From Pelomyxa schiedti (lineage: Eukaryota > Protista > Evosea), in the NCBI GenBank assembly GCA_020536535.1, contig JAHLWZ010000664.1, forward strand, positions 1-64,000: a DNA stretch of 64,000 nt, in the 5' to 3' direction. The number at the start of each line of letters is the position of its first letter. The stretch's first letter is position 1. The notes under the pieces were generated by a model. The model was given only the letters and a program-made list of their open reading frames with translations. It made no database searches and was not told where the DNA came from. This document shows positions 60,189 through 64,000 of the stretch, in pieces. A program made the position numbers and the translations under genes.

Positions 60189-61275
60189 TTACATTACTGC
60201 ACACTTCTGCTTTTTTGTGGGAGTGTGTGTGCTCCTTACATTTTCGAAGAGTTGGAGAATGGCCCACCGGAGTTGAGGGATGTTTCTGGAAGTCATGGCA
60301 GACACTTCAATGAATGCATCAAATCCATTCTCTTTGGCCATTTGAACACCTTGTTCACGAGTCACTCCTTTGGGTCCCCGGTCTTTCACATCCACTTTAT
60401 TTCCACACAAAATTGTCTGTGGTTCCTGTGCGTAGTATTTCAAAGAAGAATTTCGTACCTTGACTTCGGGAGAAACCTCATTGCGGCGTTCCATCAACCA
60501 GTCCAATTCATCGCTATTCGTTACGTCATATAGTAGTATAACGCAGAGAGCACCACGGTGCCACAGCGTCGACTGTTTTTAATTGAAGTGATTTCTTTCA
60601 GTGAGACAATAACCAACCTGGAATTGACTTAGTCCCCCACTAGAATCTGAGGTAGATTTTTAGTTGAGTTTTTATTAATTACAAATTTATTTCGATGGAC
60701 TGTGATGTGGAGGAACAGGAGTTTCATTAGAAGAAAATTAGGGAAATAAAAATAATATACCCCAAAATTCCATATCAATCGGCCGCGTTTGAAAAGAAGC
60801 AGTCGCACGTGAAATTTGGAACCATAAGGTAGGGGTATATTCCTCAAAGAACCTGCCATTTACGATCCTCTCAATCACGCACGTCTTGCCTGAAAGTGCA
60901 GGGCCAGTGAAGCAAACTTTTACCCTGTCCCACAAAGTGTGGTTCATGTAACCGAAGTATGGTTCTCTTTCTATCCACATTACCCCCGCTGCCTTGAGTT
61001 CCTTGAGCCTCCTAATTAATTTGTAAATTGTATTCATCATTGTCAGCTGAATCCTCAACCAATACAAAAATTTTATCCGCAACGCAGAGAGATTTGACAA
61101 AAACGCACGGGCCAGCGAACGCGTGGAAGACCCTGCTCACACGGTCCACGGCACTCAGTGTGCCCAAGTCCTCCTCGCTAATGTGCCCCACAATGCATTC
61201 TGCGATGCACTCGTCAATTGTGAGCCAACCAACGCCACGTGGACTAGCAACGCAGGCGGGCCTCTGCCTCCTCAT
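60189..61275 (-). CDS. F-box-like domain + Ras-superfamily small GTPase with CAAX (copy A)
   Basis: N-terminal TIDECIAECIVGHISEEDLGTLSAVDRVSRVF; G1 GPALSGKT; switch I FFEEYTPT; spliced G3 WDSSG; G4 NKVD; G5 EVSA; ends CAVM. Confidence 0.8.
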
Positions 61276-61336
61276 GCTCGGAGGGCCCAAGTTCAGATTG
61301 CGAGATGAAAAGGGTTTTCTGGTAATCTGCTGTTTG

Positions 61337-62414
61337 ATGGTTGAGATAGATGCTTCCGTGCCGCTTGGCTGTTGTGGCGGTTGGGTGACGGTTGACGAGT
61401 GCATCGCAGAGTGCATTGTGGGACACGTAAAAGACGACTTTGTGACGTTGAGTGCCCTCGACCGTGTGTGCAAAGTCTTCCATTTGTTCGCTGCGCCGTG
61501 TGTACAAGTCTCTCCCATAATCCCACATGTGTGTTTGTTAGTGGTCATAGGTCATTTTTGTCTGTTTTCTTTGCACAATAGCATTGAAAATGAAAAGGAG
61601 GCTCAAGCAACTCAAACCAAAATCCGACCTTCTGTGGATCACTGAAAGGACCAAAAGGCGTCATGACATCCCACAAGACATCATGCTGGCAGATCGCAGG
61701 ATGAAGGTGTGCGTGTCTGGCCCTGAGCAAGCAGGAAAGACATCCATCATTGAGAGGATTGCAACTGGCAGATTCTTCGAGGAATACACTCCCACAACTG
61801 TGACCAGCTTTCAGAATGCCTCTATTACTTGTTGTGGCACACAAACAGTCAATTTGGAGCTTTGGGGTATACAATACATGCAGCTCTCCTTTGTAATTGA
61901 ACCCTACCAGATTCCAGTGGCTCATTGAGATACATTCGATTTCAGGTATGTTCCCCTGTTTAGCTAAACAGAGAATTCTCAAAAATTGGCAAGAATCCAC
62001 TGTATTACCGAGGTGTTACCTGTGTTCTACTTGTGTATGATGTCACAAACAGCGATGGATTGGTTTTACTACTACAACTCCGGGAGGAGTGCCTTCATCG
62101 TGCCTCGCCGAAAGTGAAGGTTCTTTGGACCCCATCCATGTACAACAAATTGCTCCACAACCTCTAACCTTCAACAGCTTATAATGTGTGGAAATAAATC
62201 AGATGTGAAACACCGGGGGCCCAAAGGAGTGACATACTCGCAAGGAGCACAGCTGGCTAGAGAACAAGGGTTTGACGCGTTCGTTGAAGTGTCAGCCAAA
62301 ACAACTAGGAACCTGCATCAACTCCTTGGTGCCATTGCCCAACTGTGCATGGAAGATGAAAGTGAATACCCCAGAAAAACGAAGACCACCAAGGACCACT
62401 GTTATGTAATGTAA
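61337..62414 (+). CDS. F-box-like domain + Ras-superfamily small GTPase with CAAX (copy B)
   Basis: N-terminal TVDECIAECIVGHVKDDFVTLSALDRVCKVF; G1 GPEQAGKT; switch I FFEEYTPT; spliced G3 WDSSG; G4 NKSD; G5 EVSAK; ends CYVM. Confidence 0.8.
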
Positions 62415-62579
62415 TGGAATGTCAACTAAGGCATTCCTCAGAACCTGGGAAATCTGATGAAGACTATCTTGAATAGTAATTTACAACCTCTCTTAGGCAT
62501 TCACCCGATTTTTGCTGACCAGAGCTAAAAAAAACCTTCGTTTGTGTTCACCGAAGGTGAAAAATGATGAGCAACCTCA

Positions 62580-62790
62580 GGTTTATCGTCATTGTTCTGA
62601 TGTCACAGATAGAGATGGCCTCCGCTTGTTGCTCCACATTCACAATGAAATTCACTGCACACAGGACCATCTGGCAATTATGTGAGGTGATTCACAGTTG
62701 GGTTTTTTTGTAATGAACCTTGACATTGACAGGATGCGTTCATTGAAGTGTCAGCCATCACATCAAGGAAAGCTCCAATGGCACCACACT
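62580..62790 (+). pseudogene. Decayed fragment of the same GTPase family
   Basis: DVTDRDGLRLLLHIHNE aligns to DVTNSDGLVLLLQLREE. There is an in-frame TGA where the intact copies have the Cys of CGNK, followed by DAFIEVSAITSR. Confidence 0.65.
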
Positions 62791-62936
62791 GACCCTGGAA
62801 AAGTTGTCTGGTGCCTCTAGAACTGTTCAGCCATGTAGAAGTAAGAAACACCTTCAATCAGCTGATGTTCAGAACTAGTGCAACGAAATCAAACAACGAT
62901 TTCCGTGAAGACAGTTCGGGAAAAAACGGGGGACGA

Positions 62937-64000
62937 ATGGACGAGCTCAAACCAAAGTCGTCGTCGGCCTCGTGGGCGTCAGCGTCAGCGTCAACGCCAA
63001 CGTCCTCGTCGTCGATATCGTATCTGGAGGCATTTTGGTGTGGGTCGGATCCATGGGGGCCTATTTATGACTCGACGTTGACACCTTGCTTCCTGGCTTT
63101 GTGAGTCGTTTTTGTTGTTGCTGTTGATTTCCTTTTTTTTTTTTTTTTTTTTTTTGTTGTTGTTTTGTTTTGTTGTTGTTGTGTTTGTAGCATTTTTGGC
63201 TGACATTACGTTTGAAGGGTCTTAATTTGTGTGAGATTGGTGTTTGTCCCTGTTCTATTTGCGCGGCTTGTGCAGGCCTACAGAAGACCAAAACTTGGGC
63301 CAAGAAATAGGTTCGTTGTTACTTATAAATTTCGGATGTACATAATTTTTCAATCTTTCCAGGTCAATAAAGCACCTCCTGCAACTCCTATGTTGCTGCT
63401 TCATGTCCTTCATATATGTGGTGGAACTTGTTGCAATTCTCATGATGAATTACCCTCAACAACCTGGCGCTTATGTCACATTGGGATGCATCGTTGGCTC
63501 CTTTGTGTGGGTGTTAGCAGCGTTCCTGATGGTTGTGGAACGGTCAAAGTATCTCCCACATAACTGGGTTTTAGTCTCACTTTGGATTACGGAGTTGTTT
63601 GTATGTTGTCAATAAAAGGAGTTTAACTTCTGACGTAGTACTAGATTTCATCCCTGCAGTTGGACTTGGAAATTAACCACTTGGATGCATATGATGGATT
63701 TGGTCTTCCTGACGCCATATGGCTTATTGTCATTCTTACCGAGCTTCTTATCTGCATTCCCCTACTACTCCCGCAAGAAGCTGCCTATTATCACCCACCT
63801 TTACCCCCCACCTTGGCCCCCATTAAGGGCACTGTCTTCAAGCGGCGAGCTCCTCAAAGGACAGTGTCATCAGCGGTTGATATGGAAATAGTCCTAGAAC
63901 CCAGCATCAGTGGAATAGTAAGGAAGGATACACCACTTATCACCAGGCCAAGCTCTGTACCACTCCCAGGCAAACCTCTCTCTGTTCCGCTTCCACAAGG
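62937..64000 (+). CDS. 5' part of a membrane protein, possibly an ABCC/MRP transporter TMD0 (runs off the window)
   Basis: FWCGSDPWGPIYDSTLTPCF resembles MRP N-termini and is followed by several hydrophobic exons. No ABC ATPase domain lies in the window. Confidence 0.4.

Noticed and set aside
1-64000. CRISPR arrays, rRNA, transposase, reverse transcriptase or viral core genes
   Set aside because: No regularly spaced repeats or diagnostic motifs were seen on either strand.

Overview
This is eukaryotic, gene-dense, intron-rich genomic DNA from a draft assembly with five 100-N gaps. Most introns are short GT-AG introns, roughly 30-120 nt. The gene content is amoebozoan-like (CLU-domain protein, cAMP-receptor-like GPCR, alpha-actinin-like protein). 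Together with a bacterial-type phosphoketolase, this suggests an anaerobic amoeba such as an archamoeba; that assignment is inference. I found about 30 protein-coding genes or fragments and five tRNA genes, and no CRISPR array, rRNA or autonomous transposon. Conserved genes: cathepsin Z (one full copy, one partial copy), HSBP1, an actin-like protein, an ELO elongase, a PA28 proteasome activator, phosphoketolase, a RhoGAP, a NOP53-like protein, NOSIP, a class 3 lipase and a possible ABCC transporter. The most unusual items are six. (1) A head-to-head pair of F-box-like + CAAX small GTPase fusion genes with substitutions at the G12/G13/Q61-equivalent sites, plus two decayed copies. (2) Seven members of a mostly intronless family with an N-terminal RDQF/RCGAxSP motif. 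(3) A giant alpha-actinin whose rod appears to be a triplicated four-repeat block (about 14 repeats). (4) A class IV sirtuin fused to Kelch repeats. (5) A CLU-LRR protein ending in a probable pseudo-ITPase domain. (6) Sharp CpG-rich 5' ends followed by CpG-depleted gene bodies. All spliced gene models are my manual reconstructions and need RNA-seq confirmation.
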